From: Patescibacteria group bacterium
Lineage (GTDB): Bacteria; Patescibacteriota; Minisyncoccia; Phycocordibacterales; WO2-35-19
Direction of reading: 5' to 3'
Assembly: GCA_038056395.1 (NCBI GenBank)
Contig: JBBUFS010000011.1
Location: 1-56,154, forward strand
DNA length: 56,154 bases
A model generated the notes under the pieces. The model was not told the origin of the DNA, searched no databases, and saw nothing but the letters and a program-made list of their open reading frames with translations. Positions within the stretch are counted from its first letter, which is position 1. The number at the start of each line of letters is the position of its first letter. Below are positions 1 to 8,832 of the stretch, piece after piece. Made by a program: the position numbers and the translations under genes.

Positions 1-159
1 CCTTACAGGCTAACACGAAATATCAAAATTAGACTGCTCTAAAGGGCTTTAACTCCGAATTCCGATCCGGAAAGAGTTCTGACAGTTTCAGGCTCAAATC
101 CGCCTGAACGGAGAGGCAATAGCATTGACATTAGAGCGCCGGGCGTAAAACTTATTAAT

Positions 160-1962
160 TTGATAATTTACGATACCGGCCAAGGCATAAGTTCTTGGGT
201 TCAAGCTCCCGATTTTGAAGCTTATGGAAATTTAGTTTTTAACAACGGCTGGTGGGCGCCGGACAGAGGGCATGGACACAATATTTATACTCAAAATCAG
301 ACTGGAACTAAATTATATCGAGACAATATTTTATTGAACGCCTTTGGTTATAATATCCAAATGTATGGATCTGACCAGGCATTCCTGAACAACTTCACCT
401 GGGAGGGCAATATGGTAGTTAATAGCGGCACATTGTTTGGAGGGGGCACCCCGGTCAACAACCTAACACTGCGGGACAACCTCTTCTACAAAGCCGGGGC
501 GGGTTTCGGCTACTCTAATCCTAACAACGAAGGGGTGCTGCTGACGGGCAATTATTTGACCAATGGGATCTCGTTGAAGTACTTCCGCAATGTGACGGCG
601 ACCGGCAACACGATGCTACAGTTGACCCATGACGGGCAATCAAAGATTGTCTCAGCGACCATGCCCACTGGAGTCAACCTGACCGATTATCAATTCGACC
701 AGAACAATTATTTCAAGTCGTCTTGGGGTGGTGATGACTTTTGGACGCCAGGGATATTGTATTATTTTTCCGACTGGCAGGCCCAAGGATTTGATATTAA
801 CGGCACTTATACGACTACTGTTAGTCCGGACTTTTTGCCTACCGGCATAAAAATATTTTTTAGAAAAAACCAATACGATTCCAGCAGAGCTCATATTGCA
901 ATCTATAATTGGGATCATGCCAACTCAGTTGATGTTTTGGCTGGGGATGTGTCGCAAGTATTATCTTCAGGCGACAGCTACGAACTCCGCAATGTTCAAG
1001 ACTATTTTAATGACATTATCACCGGCACTTACAGCGGAGGCAATCTCTCTGTTCCCATGACAGGTCATACCGTGGCTAAACCTATTGGCTATGACCAAAC
1101 ATTAGGCGCTAATACTTTTCCCGAATTCGGCGCTTTCGTGCTCATCAAAACCGCTTCCGGTGGCGGCACGCCCACTCCGGCACCCGCACCAACTCCAACC
1201 CCCACCACTCCCTCGGTTCCCTCGGGAACTACGGCCCCATCAACTCCCACTCCAACAACTCCAACAACCTCAACCCCAATTACTCCTCTGCCCACTCCAG
1301 CCCTGCCGCCTCAAGTCATATTGGATACACTCAACGCTCTTCAAACTTCACTTGGGTTGGGCGTAAAGAACGCCACCCAAGAAGTCACTTCTCTGCAAAC
1401 CTTCCTTTTTCTAGAGAAATATATTTCAGAAGACCAGATTTCCGGGTCTTTTGATGCCGTCACTGACAGCGCCGTTAAAAAATACCAGTGTGACAAAAAT
1501 ATCATTTGCAGCGGAGCTTTTTGGGGAAATGTCGGCAGAACTACTCGCGATAAAATCAATGTTGATATATTCAGGTATAGAAGCGCCGCCACCTCCGCTT
1601 CAACCACCTCTTCTCAACAAATCTCCAAAAACATTTCTCTAGGCGCTCGCGGTACTGATGTCACCATTCTCCAAACTTTTCTCATTAAACAAAATCATCT
1701 GACGGCAGACAATGTTACTGGATACTTCGGTTATGCCACCGAATCTGCTGTCCAGAAATTCCAGAAAGCCATGAACATAGTTTCCTCTGGCAGTCCAAAT
1801 TCCACCGGTTATGGAGCGGTCGGAAATATTACCAGAGCTAAAATCAACACAATGCTTAATTCTTCCTCCCAAATATCCACGGCAGAAATGCAACAAAAAA
1901 TAGCTGAATTACAGAAAATAATCAATGATCTTATGGAGCAGTTGAAAAAGATGGGGAGATAA
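160..1962 (+). CDS. Surface protein: parallel beta-helix-like N-terminal region, Pro/Thr linker and two peptidoglycan-binding (PGBD-like) domains; 5' end apparently truncated
   Basis: Asn/Gly-rich beta-helix-like repeats (NLVFNNG, DNILLN, GNMVVN); PT-rich linker; two PGBD-like motifs (LQTFL...FDAVTDSAVKKYQ and LQTFL...YFGYATESAVQKFQ). The frame is open from 43 and there is no signal peptide. Confidence 0.7.
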   Translation: MIIYDTGQGISSWVQAPDFEAYGNLVFNNGWWAPDRGHGHNIYTQNQTGTKLYRDNILLNAFGYNIQMYGSDQAFLNNFTWEGNMVVNSGTLFGGGTPVNNLTLRDNLFYKAGAGFGYSNPNNEGVLLTGNYLTNGISLKYFRNVTATGNTMLQLTHDGQSKIVSATMPTGVNLTDYQFDQNNYFKSSWGGDDFWTPGILYYFSDWQAQGFDINGTYTTTVSPDFLPTGIKIFFRKNQYDSSRAHIAIYNWDHANSVDVLAGDVSQVLSSGDSYELRNVQDYFNDIITGTYSGGNLSVPMTGHTVAKPIGYDQTLGANTFPEFGAFVLIKTASGGGTPTPAPAPTPTPTTPSVPSGTTAPSTPTPTTPTTSTPITPLPTPALPPQVILDTLNALQTSLGLGVKNATQEVTSLQTFLFLEKYISEDQISGSFDAVTDSAVKKYQCDKNIICSGAFWGNVGRTTRDKINVDIFRYRSAATSASTTSSQQISKNISLGARGTDVTILQTFLIKQNHLTADNVTGYFGYATESAVQKFQKAMNIVSSGSPNSTGYGAVGNITRAKINTMLNSSSQISTAEMQQKIAELQKIINDLMEQLKKMGR

Positions 1963-1979
1963 TGCTATAATCCAATATT

Positions 1980-2222
1980 ATGAAAAAGGTCGGGAAAGTA
2001 ACACATTATTATGACAACATTGGGGTTGCCATTGTGGAGCTGGAAGCCACTCTTAAGGTTGGCGACAAGGTGAAATTTGAAGGTCATGGCGCCGATTTTG
2101 AGCAAGAGGTGACTTCTCTCCAGGTTAATCACGAGCAGGTGGAAAAAGCTTCTGCCGGTGATGCCATCGGTTTAAAGACAGACCAGAAGGTTAAAGAGGG
2201 AACAGAAGTAAAAAAAGTTTAA
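1980..2222 (+). CDS. Small beta-barrel protein (EF-Tu domain 2-like / U32 peptidase C-terminal-like)
   Basis: VGKVTHYY..IGVA...LKVGD..F.Q.V.SLQ...A..G..IG pattern. Confidence 0.7.
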   Translation: MKKVGKVTHYYDNIGVAIVELEATLKVGDKVKFEGHGADFEQEVTSLQVNHEQVEKASAGDAIGLKTDQKVKEGTEVKKV

Positions 2223-2281
2223 CCAAAAAACCCCATTTTTAAGCTGGAAAAAACTCTTATTTTGTGTGAGAATGTTTTTGT

Positions 2282-2354
2282 AATGGTGACTACTCCGACG
2301 TTCTGATTGCGTAGCATATCAGAAGTCGGAGCCCCGACTGAAACGTCGGGGTAG
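2282..2354. repeat. Copy of the tRNA-His 5' end (AATGGTGACTA) followed by a double hairpin with CTAC...GTAG ends
   Basis: 11-bp direct repeat with 2629-2639; hairpins CTCCGAC..TTCTGAT/ATCAGAA..GTCGGAG (2293-2331) and CCCCGAC/GTCGGGG (2332-2351). Confidence 0.75.
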
Positions 2355-2365
2355 AACCGTAAAAA

Positions 2366-2626
2366 ATGAAAGGTTACGTGTATATTTTAAAAGATGATAA
2401 TGGCAAGTTTTACATTGGGAGTAGTAAAAATACCGATGAAAGATACAAAAGACATTTGTCTGGATTTGTTTTTACAACCCACAGGATGAAAAATCCGAAA
2501 ATTGTTCTTGTTCAAGAATATGATTCAATCGAAGTGGCGATTAAAATTGAAAGAAAACTAAAGAAGTTAAAAAGGAAAGATTATATTGAGAAAATAGTAA
2601 AAGACGGGTATATTAAAGTGGTGTAA
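2366..2626 (+). CDS. GIY-YIG nuclease family protein (small standalone type)
   Basis: GYVYIL...FYIGSS...R...H and AIKIERKLK motifs. Confidence 0.9.
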   Translation: MKGYVYILKDDNGKFYIGSSKNTDERYKRHLSGFVFTTHRMKNPKIVLVQEYDSIEVAIKIERKLKKLKRKDYIEKIVKDGYIKVV

Positions 2627-2631
2627 TAAAT

Positions 2632-2703
2632 GGTGACTATAGTGTAGCGGTAACACGACAGCTTGTGGAGCTGTTTTCGCCGGTTCGAATCCGGCTAGTC
2701 ACC
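2632..2703 (+). tRNA. tRNA-His (GUG) with encoded G-1; full CCA not encoded
   Basis: Acceptor stem GTGACTA/TAGTCAC, anticodon arm ACAGC-TTGTGGA-GCTGT, T-arm CCGG-TTCGAAT-CCGG, C discriminator. Confidence 0.95.
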
Positions 2704-2821
2704 CAATTTGAGTGTTTTAGAACCATTTAAAACAAGCCATATAAACAAAGAATGATTTGGAACGAGAAAGTTATAAATAATTATTTGTCTCACCACACAC
2801 AAACATTTTATAACAAAAAGC

Positions 2822-2849
2822 TTGACAGATATTTTAATAGGCATATACT
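2822..2849 (+). promoter_or_regulatory. sigma70-type promoter pointing into the 3' end of the NYN gene
   Basis: TTGACA-16 bp-TATACT; no + strand ORF until 3465. Confidence 0.55.
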
Positions 2850-2854
2850 ACAAT

Positions 2855-2915
2855 AGTACTATTACGAAAAAGGAACCGAACGGTGTCAGTGCCTAAGGTC
2901 CCTTTTTCTTTTTGT
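2855..2915 (+). ncRNA. Putative ~55-60 nt structured antisense RNA overlapping the NYN stop codon
   Basis: AAAAAGGAACC...GGTCCCTTTTT stem with an inner GGUG-UCAG-UGCC stem (G-U pairs form only on the + strand), then a U-tract, directly after the promoter. Confidence 0.35.
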
Positions 2916-3417
2916 GTAAATACTCTATTTTTGATTTTATATTATCAAGGTAATCAAAAAATCTTACCGTTAAGTATTTATATAAAGAGGAAGCTGATTT
3001 TCTATCAGGAAAAAGTATTTTTATAAATAGATTTTTGTTTATCAGATACTCAACGAGTTTTCTGTAATCTCCGTCGCCAGATACTAAAACAATTTTATCA
3101 AAATCTTTGTTATCAATAATATTTTTCATTACCTCAAAAACAATATCCGTATCAACATTTCCTTTTTTCTCTGTTATTAAGTTTAAACTATGATATTTGA
3201 ATATAATAACAAACCCAGCCTCTTGCAGATTTTTATATAAATCATTTTGTGTTTCAGATGTATAACCAAGAAAATAATACGCTTTTTCAACTTTGTATTT
3301 GTCTTTCAAATAAATCCTAAATTTTTTAAAATCAACCTTCCAGCCATTTTGAGCAGTTCCAAAATGTAAATTTTGCCCATCTATAAAAGCAAGATTGTTT
3401 TCTTCGAGTTTTTTCAT
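2893..3417 (-). CDS. NYN domain (LabA/DUF88, PIN-like) nuclease
   Basis: AFIDGQNL, KGNVDTD and LVSGDGDY motifs; start placed at MKKLEEN. Confidence 0.9.
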   Translation of the reverse strand: MKKLEENNLAFIDGQNLHFGTAQNGWKVDFKKFRIYLKDKYKVEKAYYFLGYTSETQNDLYKNLQEAGFVIIFKYHSLNLITEKKGNVDTDIVFEVMKNIIDNKDFDKIVLVSGDGDYRKLVEYLINKNLFIKILFPDRKSASSLYKYLTVRFFDYLDNIKSKIEYLHKKKKGP

Positions 3418-3464
3418 TGTTTTTAAGTATATCAAAAAAATTAAAATGATATAATTATTAAATA

Positions 3465-4184
3465 ATGATTGAAATACCTTTTCGTTTTGCATATATAACT
3501 CTCACTATTCCTTTTTTAATTATATGGCTGATTTTGTTTTTCGTCAGAAAAGATACCAGAAAAGAACAGTTGAGGATGAGTTATATTGTGGCAATAATTG
3601 GTCCAATATCGGAGCTTATATATTTCAAAGATTACTGGTTTCCACAGAGTGTCTTTCCAATTTTCATAAATAAATTTCCTTTAATGATTGAGGATATACT
3701 ATTCGGCTTTGCTATTGGCGGGATAGCGGCAGTTATATATGAAGTAATTTTTAGAAAACAATTATCTAAATTTTCAGTTCATTCTAAATACACAATAAAA
3801 TCAATTTATATAGTCCTCACATTTGCCCTTGTTTTGATTGGACTTATAAAATTCGGGGTGAATTCGATTTACGCCTCAGCGATAGCGTTTTTTGTAAGTG
3901 CCCTGATACTGCTAATTTTAAGGCACGATTTGTTTGTAAATGCAGTTGGGAGTGGGGTTGGAGTAATGCTTGTAATGTTTGCTTGCTACTTTTTTCTTTT
4001 CAATATCCTTGCTTCAAATACAGAAGAATTACTAAAACAAGGTTGGATTATCCGCAATTCAATACTTGATATGAGAATAGCTAACATTCCTTTGACAGAG
4101 ATGGTCTGGGGCTTTACTTGGGGATTTTTGGCGGGTCCTTGGTATGAGTTTGCTAACAGAAAGAAAAATATTGAGTTAAATTAA
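3465..4184 (+). CDS. Membrane protein with two lycopene-cyclase-domain (CrtYc/d-like) repeats
   Basis: Multi-TM protein with duplicated P(L)xxE-type motifs (PLMIEDILFGF, IPLTEMVWGF). Confidence 0.65.
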   Translation: MIEIPFRFAYITLTIPFLIIWLILFFVRKDTRKEQLRMSYIVAIIGPISELIYFKDYWFPQSVFPIFINKFPLMIEDILFGFAIGGIAAVIYEVIFRKQLSKFSVHSKYTIKSIYIVLTFALVLIGLIKFGVNSIYASAIAFFVSALILLILRHDLFVNAVGSGVGVMLVMFACYFFLFNILASNTEELLKQGWIIRNSILDMRIANIPLTEMVWGFTWGFLAGPWYEFANRKKNIELN

Positions 4185-4485
4185 ATTGAGTATAATATCG
4201 TTAAGACAAGATTAAAACGCTCAAAATTTGCTAAAATTAAACTGCAATTTGAGCCGAAATCAGCTTTATAATGTTATTATGATCAAGACCCCAAATATGG
4301 CTTAAAATAATAATTTTTACTAAAAAACCTTGCAAGCCGTATACATACAAATGAGTATGCATGCGGTTTTTGATTATTTAATTTCAGCTAGAATTCAGCA
4401 ATCCACACAAAGGGGATGCGGAGGGATTTGTTTTGGTATAATATAAAAGCGCTTAGATTTATTATTATCTAATCCAATAATTAAT

Positions 4486-4755
4486 ATGGACGGACTATCC
4501 AAAGACGAATACAAACAAATACTTACCGAAATAATAAAAAAGCAGATTATTATTCTGGGCCCCCAGATTGCCGTCCTGAAAGCCAGAAAAGTACCCGGGA
4601 TTTCGGTCGAAGATGACGGGTCAATAATTGATATTTCCGGGTCGGAACAAATTATCTTGCAAAGATTGATTGACGAATATGTGGCCCTTTCGGGAGAGAT
4701 TGTCAGAAATGCCGTTAATTCTATCTTTGAAAAGTATCCTTCAATAAAACATTAA
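4486..4755 (+). CDS. Small conserved hypothetical protein heading a signalling operon
   Basis: 89 aa ORF with TATAAT upstream; co-directional with the histidine kinase. Confidence 0.7.
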   Translation: MDGLSKDEYKQILTEIIKKQIIILGPQIAVLKARKVPGISVEDDGSIIDISGSEQIILQRLIDEYVALSGEIVRNAVNSIFEKYPSIKH

Positions 4756-4773
4756 TTTAATCGCGCCAATATT

Positions 4774-5169
4774 ATGAAAAAACTTTTGCTGTCCAGCCTT
4801 GTGGGAGTCCTGCCGCCAGTGGCTGCTTTTGCCCAGCAATGGGATGTGCCGCTTTCCAATGACGGTTTTGCATATGCTTCTATTTTTGCCGGCAGTTTTT
4901 CCTTGCTGCTTTCCATTGTGATAGGAATTATCGCCACTACCCTTGTTTTCAGAGCCGCCAAGAAATTGGGAGGCGGACTGTTTGGGTTGGTGCTTAATTA
5001 TGTTGGCATCGGCATGTCTTTAATTGTCCTGGGAACTGTGTCAGCGGTGGCGGATTCGTGGCTGATTGGTTCTTGGTTTGATATCATCAGCATGGCCTGC
5101 TTTGCCATGGGCTATGTGTTTTTGGTTGTTGGCGCCAACAAGCTTCTTAAAGGCATAATGAACACCTAA
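4774..5169 (+). CDS. Small multi-TM membrane protein (possible standalone sensor module)
   Basis: Signal-like N-terminus plus 3 hydrophobic helices; abuts the kinase start. Confidence 0.7.
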   Translation: MKKLLLSSLVGVLPPVAAFAQQWDVPLSNDGFAYASIFAGSFSLLLSIVIGIIATTLVFRAAKKLGGGLFGLVLNYVGIGMSLIVLGTVSAVADSWLIGSWFDIISMACFAMGYVFLVVGANKLLKGIMNT

Positions 5170-6936
5170 ATGAATATCGCGCTTTCTTCAAGCGCTGCCT
5201 TGTATCTATTTTTTATTCCGGCGATTTTGATATTAGTTGTTTTGGTTTTTTATTTTTATCACTTTTTCAGGAAAAAAGAGCGGGAAATTATAAAAGAAAA
5301 AGAAGAATCAACTCGCCGCCTCTATGAACTGGCTATTTTAAAAGAATTGGGGGAGCGAGTCGGCTATTCTTTGAATGTGGAGGAAATTCTCCAGATTATA
5401 ACCGGTTCCCTGAGGCAATTTATAGATTATACGGCAGTAGGCTATGTGGTCATTACCCCTGAAAAAATAAAAATAAGCACCCATATTGAACGGTCAGTCG
5501 GCAGTTCATTTTTGAAAGAAATGAAAGAAAGGATGATTGCCTCTCTCTCGGCGCTGACCAACAAATCTTTTGATTCTTCAGCAGTTGAAGAGGCGGTTTC
5601 CGGAGCCATCGTTATTGATGAAATAAAGCAAAATATCGGTTCCCTGTTTAATATTCCTTTGGTGATAAGCGGCGCGGTGGTCGGTGTTTTGACGGTAGCT
5701 CACATCGATGCCGGATTGTACAAAGAAGAGGACATGACCATTTTATATAAAATTACAGGTCAAGCTTCGGAAGCAGTTTCTCGTTTGCAGGAAGTGGTCA
5801 GAATGGAAAAAGGCAAATTGAACGCCATGGTGGAGAGTATGGGAGACGGAGTTTTGATGGTTGATGCCGAATATCGGATGATTGTGGCCAATCCGGCTAT
5901 CAAAAAAATTATAAAATTTAGCGGAGACAAAGATATCAATATTTTTAATTTCGTTGACGCCCTTGGAGGCAAGTTTGACATTCATGGCCGATTGGAGGAA
6001 GCCTTGGTCAATAAAAATTCTTTTGTCTCAGAGAGAATAAATATTGAAGATTCTTTTTTTGAGATAGGAGTTTATCCGGTTCTGCATTCTATGCTGAAAG
6101 GTGGCGGTCAAATGCTCGGCGCGGTGGTGGTTTTCCATGATATCACCAGAGACATAGAACTGGAGAGAGTGAGGGAAGAATTTACGGGTATGATTGTTCA
6201 TGAACTCCGTTCGCCTCTTGATGGCATAAAAAAGATAATTGAACTGGTGATTTCCGGCTCTATCCCAGCCGGTTCGGATAAATTTAAAGAATATCTGAAT
6301 ATGGCTCACCAGGGTTCGTCCTCTATGCTTGAATTAATAAATGATATTTTAGATCTTTCCAAGCTTCAGGCCGGCAAGTTTGAAGTTAATAAAGAGAAAG
6401 CCAGCATTAGAGAAGTGGTGGAAAACAGAATTATGTTCTATAAAATTTCTGCAGACAGCAAAAAGCTTTCTCTGCGAGCTGCCTTTAGCGGCAATTTGCC
6501 GCCCTCTTGCGAATTTGACCCGCAAGCCGTCAAGCAGATTTTGAATAATTTTATTTCGAACTCTATGAAATTCACTTCTCAGGGCGGGGAAATACTAGTC
6601 TCTGTCTTTGTTTATGAACCTGGCCGCTCATTGCCGGAAGATATAGATAAATCAAGATTTTCCGTATATCCGGAAGCGATTGATATTAAAATTAAAGTTC
6701 CGTCTTTATGCGTGGCGGTTTCTGATACAGGCATAGGCATACCGGAAGATAATATTAAGGATTTGTTCCATACTTTCAAACAAGCTAAATTAAGTCCGAT
6801 TGACAAAGAAAGCAAGGGCACCGGACTCGGTTTGGTCATTGCCAAAGGCATTGCCGAAGCCCACGGCGGCACTATTGGGGTGGTTTCCAAAGAGAGCCTA
6901 GGCACCAGTTTCTTCTTTACTATTCCTATCAATTAG
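5170..6936 (+). CDS. Sensor histidine kinase (TM-GAF-PAS-HisKA-HATPase_c)
   Basis: H-box HELRSPL, N-box NFISNSMKF, G1 DTGIGI, G2 GTGLGL; PAS signature SMGDGVLMVD. Confidence 0.93.
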   Translation: MNIALSSSAALYLFFIPAILILVVLVFYFYHFFRKKEREIIKEKEESTRRLYELAILKELGERVGYSLNVEEILQIITGSLRQFIDYTAVGYVVITPEKIKISTHIERSVGSSFLKEMKERMIASLSALTNKSFDSSAVEEAVSGAIVIDEIKQNIGSLFNIPLVISGAVVGVLTVAHIDAGLYKEEDMTILYKITGQASEAVSRLQEVVRMEKGKLNAMVESMGDGVLMVDAEYRMIVANPAIKKIIKFSGDKDINIFNFVDALGGKFDIHGRLEEALVNKNSFVSERINIEDSFFEIGVYPVLHSMLKGGGQMLGAVVVFHDITRDIELERVREEFTGMIVHELRSPLDGIKKIIELVISGSIPAGSDKFKEYLNMAHQGSSSMLELINDILDLSKLQAGKFEVNKEKASIREVVENRIMFYKISADSKKLSLRAAFSGNLPPSCEFDPQAVKQILNNFISNSMKFTSQGGEILVSVFVYEPGRSLPEDIDKSRFSVYPEAIDIKIKVPSLCVAVSDTGIGIPEDNIKDLFHTFKQAKLSPIDKESKGTGLGLVIAKGIAEAHGGTIGVVSKESLGTSFFFTIPIN

Positions 6937-6980
6937 TGATAATATAGATACATTATAAAATAAAAAATAACAACAAATCC

Positions 6981-7367
6981 ATGAAGAAAATTTTAGTGAT
7001 AGACGATGACCAGTTTTTTTCAAAGACTTTAGAAGCTGCTTTGCCGGCCGGCAAATATGTTCTTATCAGCGCCGAAGATGGAGAAGTGGGTTTAGAAAAG
7101 CTTAAATCCGAGAAACCGGATCTGGTCATTCTGGATTTGATGATGCCAAAACTGGACGGCACCGCTTTTCTAAAAAAACTCCAGGAATCAAAAGATTTAC
7201 CCAAGGTGCCGATTTTGGTTTCCTCCAATCTTTCCAGCGTCAAAAAAATCAGCGATGTCATGGCCATGGGCGCTGTCGGCTATGTCATCAAATCTGACGA
7301 AAGTCTGCAATCTATCGTTCAGGATATTGAACGGGTGCTTGGCGAGGAAGGCAATAAAGAGTCGTGA
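6981..7367 (+). CDS. Single-domain response regulator (CheY-like receiver)
   Basis: ILVIDDD, LDLMMPKLDG and GYVIK motifs. Confidence 0.92.
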   Translation: MKKILVIDDDQFFSKTLEAALPAGKYVLISAEDGEVGLEKLKSEKPDLVILDLMMPKLDGTAFLKKLQESKDLPKVPILVSSNLSSVKKISDVMAMGAVGYVIKSDESLQSIVQDIERVLGEEGNKES

Positions 7368-7373
7368 TTTGAA

Positions 7374-7943
7374 TTAAAATATTTTTGAAATAATGTCGCC
7401 GAAATAGACGGTTAGAATGTTGCTTGGAATAAGGCCAAGCATGGTGCCGATTATATAATCTTCCGTTTTTATTTTGGAAACGCCCATTAAAATATTCAAA
7501 ACATTGAATGGCATGATGGGAGTGGCTCTTAAAATTATGAGGTCCCAAACAGCTCCTTCTTCCAGCCTCTTGTTATATCGGCTTAGATGCTCCAGGTATT
7601 TATGCTCCAAAATTCTATCCACTTTATCTTTGCCTAATTTTCTTGATATGGTAAAAACAATAATGGAGCTTAAAAAGCCGCCAATGATGGTGTAAGCCAG
7701 GCCGTATTTGAAACCGAATAAAATTCCGGCGATGGCCATAAAGGGGGTGGAGGGAATAAAGATGGTGCCAAAGGTATAAAGCATTATAAAAATAAGAGGC
7801 GCCCAGATGCCAAAGTCTTTCAAATATTGCCTGATAGTCTCCACATCAATACCATCTCCCAATATCTGGTATAAAAAAAGCGAACTGATAATTAAAATCA
7901 GAAACGCGACCAAGGTTATTTTTTGCAATTTTTGCCATTTCAT
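7374..7943 (-). CDS. TVP38/TMEM64 (VTT, DedA superfamily) membrane protein
   Basis: PSTPF..IAGILFG and LRATPIMPFNVLN motifs. Confidence 0.88.
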   Translation of the reverse strand: MKWQKLQKITLVAFLILIISSLFLYQILGDGIDVETIRQYLKDFGIWAPLIFIMLYTFGTIFIPSTPFMAIAGILFGFKYGLAYTIIGGFLSSIIVFTISRKLGKDKVDRILEHKYLEHLSRYNKRLEEGAVWDLIILRATPIMPFNVLNILMGVSKIKTEDYIIGTMLGLIPSNILTVYFGDIISKIF

Positions 7944-7957
7944 ATCAATATAATACC

Positions 7958-8797
7958 ATGATTTTATATGGCGCTCCGGTCAGGGAGAAAATAAAACAAG
8001 AACTTATAGAGAGAGTAAGAAGACTTAAAAAAAAGCCGGTTTTGGCTATTGTGCAAGTTGGCGATAGGGAAGATTCAAATGTTTATATAAAACAGAAGCA
8101 AAAATTTGGAGGGGAGATAGAAATAGAAATTTTGTTAAATAAATTTGAAAAGAACATTTCTGAAAAAGATCTGATTCTAGAAATAAAAAAATTAAATAAG
8201 GATAAAAAAGTGGGCGGAATTATTGTCCAATTGCCATTGCCAAAGAATTTTGACACAGAAAAAATAATAAATTCAGTTTCAGTAAAAAAGGATGCAGATG
8301 GGTTAGTGTCAAGGGCAACCCTTGAAGATTGCCCTAAAAGGGTTGCCCTTGACACTATTCCTGCGACAGCGCGCGGAGTGATGGCCCTGCTTGATTATTA
8401 TGAAATTGAAATAAAAGGCAAAAAAGCGGCGGTAATTGGCCAGTCAATTTTGGCAGGCAAGCCGATAGCCAATGAACTTGAAAAAAGAGGAGCGGAAGTT
8501 TTTAGATGCGATATCAATACTGAAAATATTCCAAAAATTGCCGGAGAGTGCGATATTTTGATTTCAGCAGTTGGCAAAGCGGGACTGATAACAAAAGAAT
8601 TTGTGAATAAAGAGCAAGTGATAATAGATGTTGGAATAAACAGGACAAAAGAGGGAAAACTTACCGGTGATGTCGATTTTGAGGAGATAAAGCGGATAGT
8701 GGCTGCTATTACTCCAGTTCCCGGCGGCGTCGGCCCGCTGACCGTGGCTTGTTTGTTCCAAAATTTACTTGATTTGTGTGAACAAAAAGTGCTATAA
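7958..8797 (+). CDS. folD: Methylene-THF dehydrogenase/cyclohydrolase FolD
   Basis: GIIVQLPLP, KDADG, IDVGIN and ITPVPGGVGPLT motifs. Confidence 0.95.
   Translation: MILYGAPVREKIKQELIERVRRLKKKPVLAIVQVGDREDSNVYIKQKQKFGGEIEIEILLNKFEKNISEKDLILEIKKLNKDKKVGGIIVQLPLPKNFDTEKIINSVSVKKDADGLVSRATLEDCPKRVALDTIPATARGVMALLDYYEIEIKGKKAAVIGQSILAGKPIANELEKRGAEVFRCDINTENIPKIAGECDILISAVGKAGLITKEFVNKEQVIIDVGINRTKEGKLTGDVDFEEIKRIVAAITPVPGGVGPLTVACLFQNLLDLCEQKVL
8304..8357. repeat. Family-A palindromic element, in frame inside folD
   Basis: Perfect 20-bp arms TAGTGTCAAGGGCAACCCTT / AAGGGTTGCCCTTGACACTA; encodes VSRATLEDCPKRVALDT. Confidence 0.85.
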
Positions 8798-8832
8798 TAG
8801 ATTTCTTAACAATTAATATTTAGTTAAAAAAT

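Noticed and set aside
1150-1310. C-rich low-complexity repeats
   Set aside because: They simply encode the Pro/Thr linker of the surface protein.
2282-2703. Intron-containing or split tRNA-His
   Set aside because: A complete uninterrupted tRNA-His is present at 2632-2703; the upstream copy has only the first few bases.
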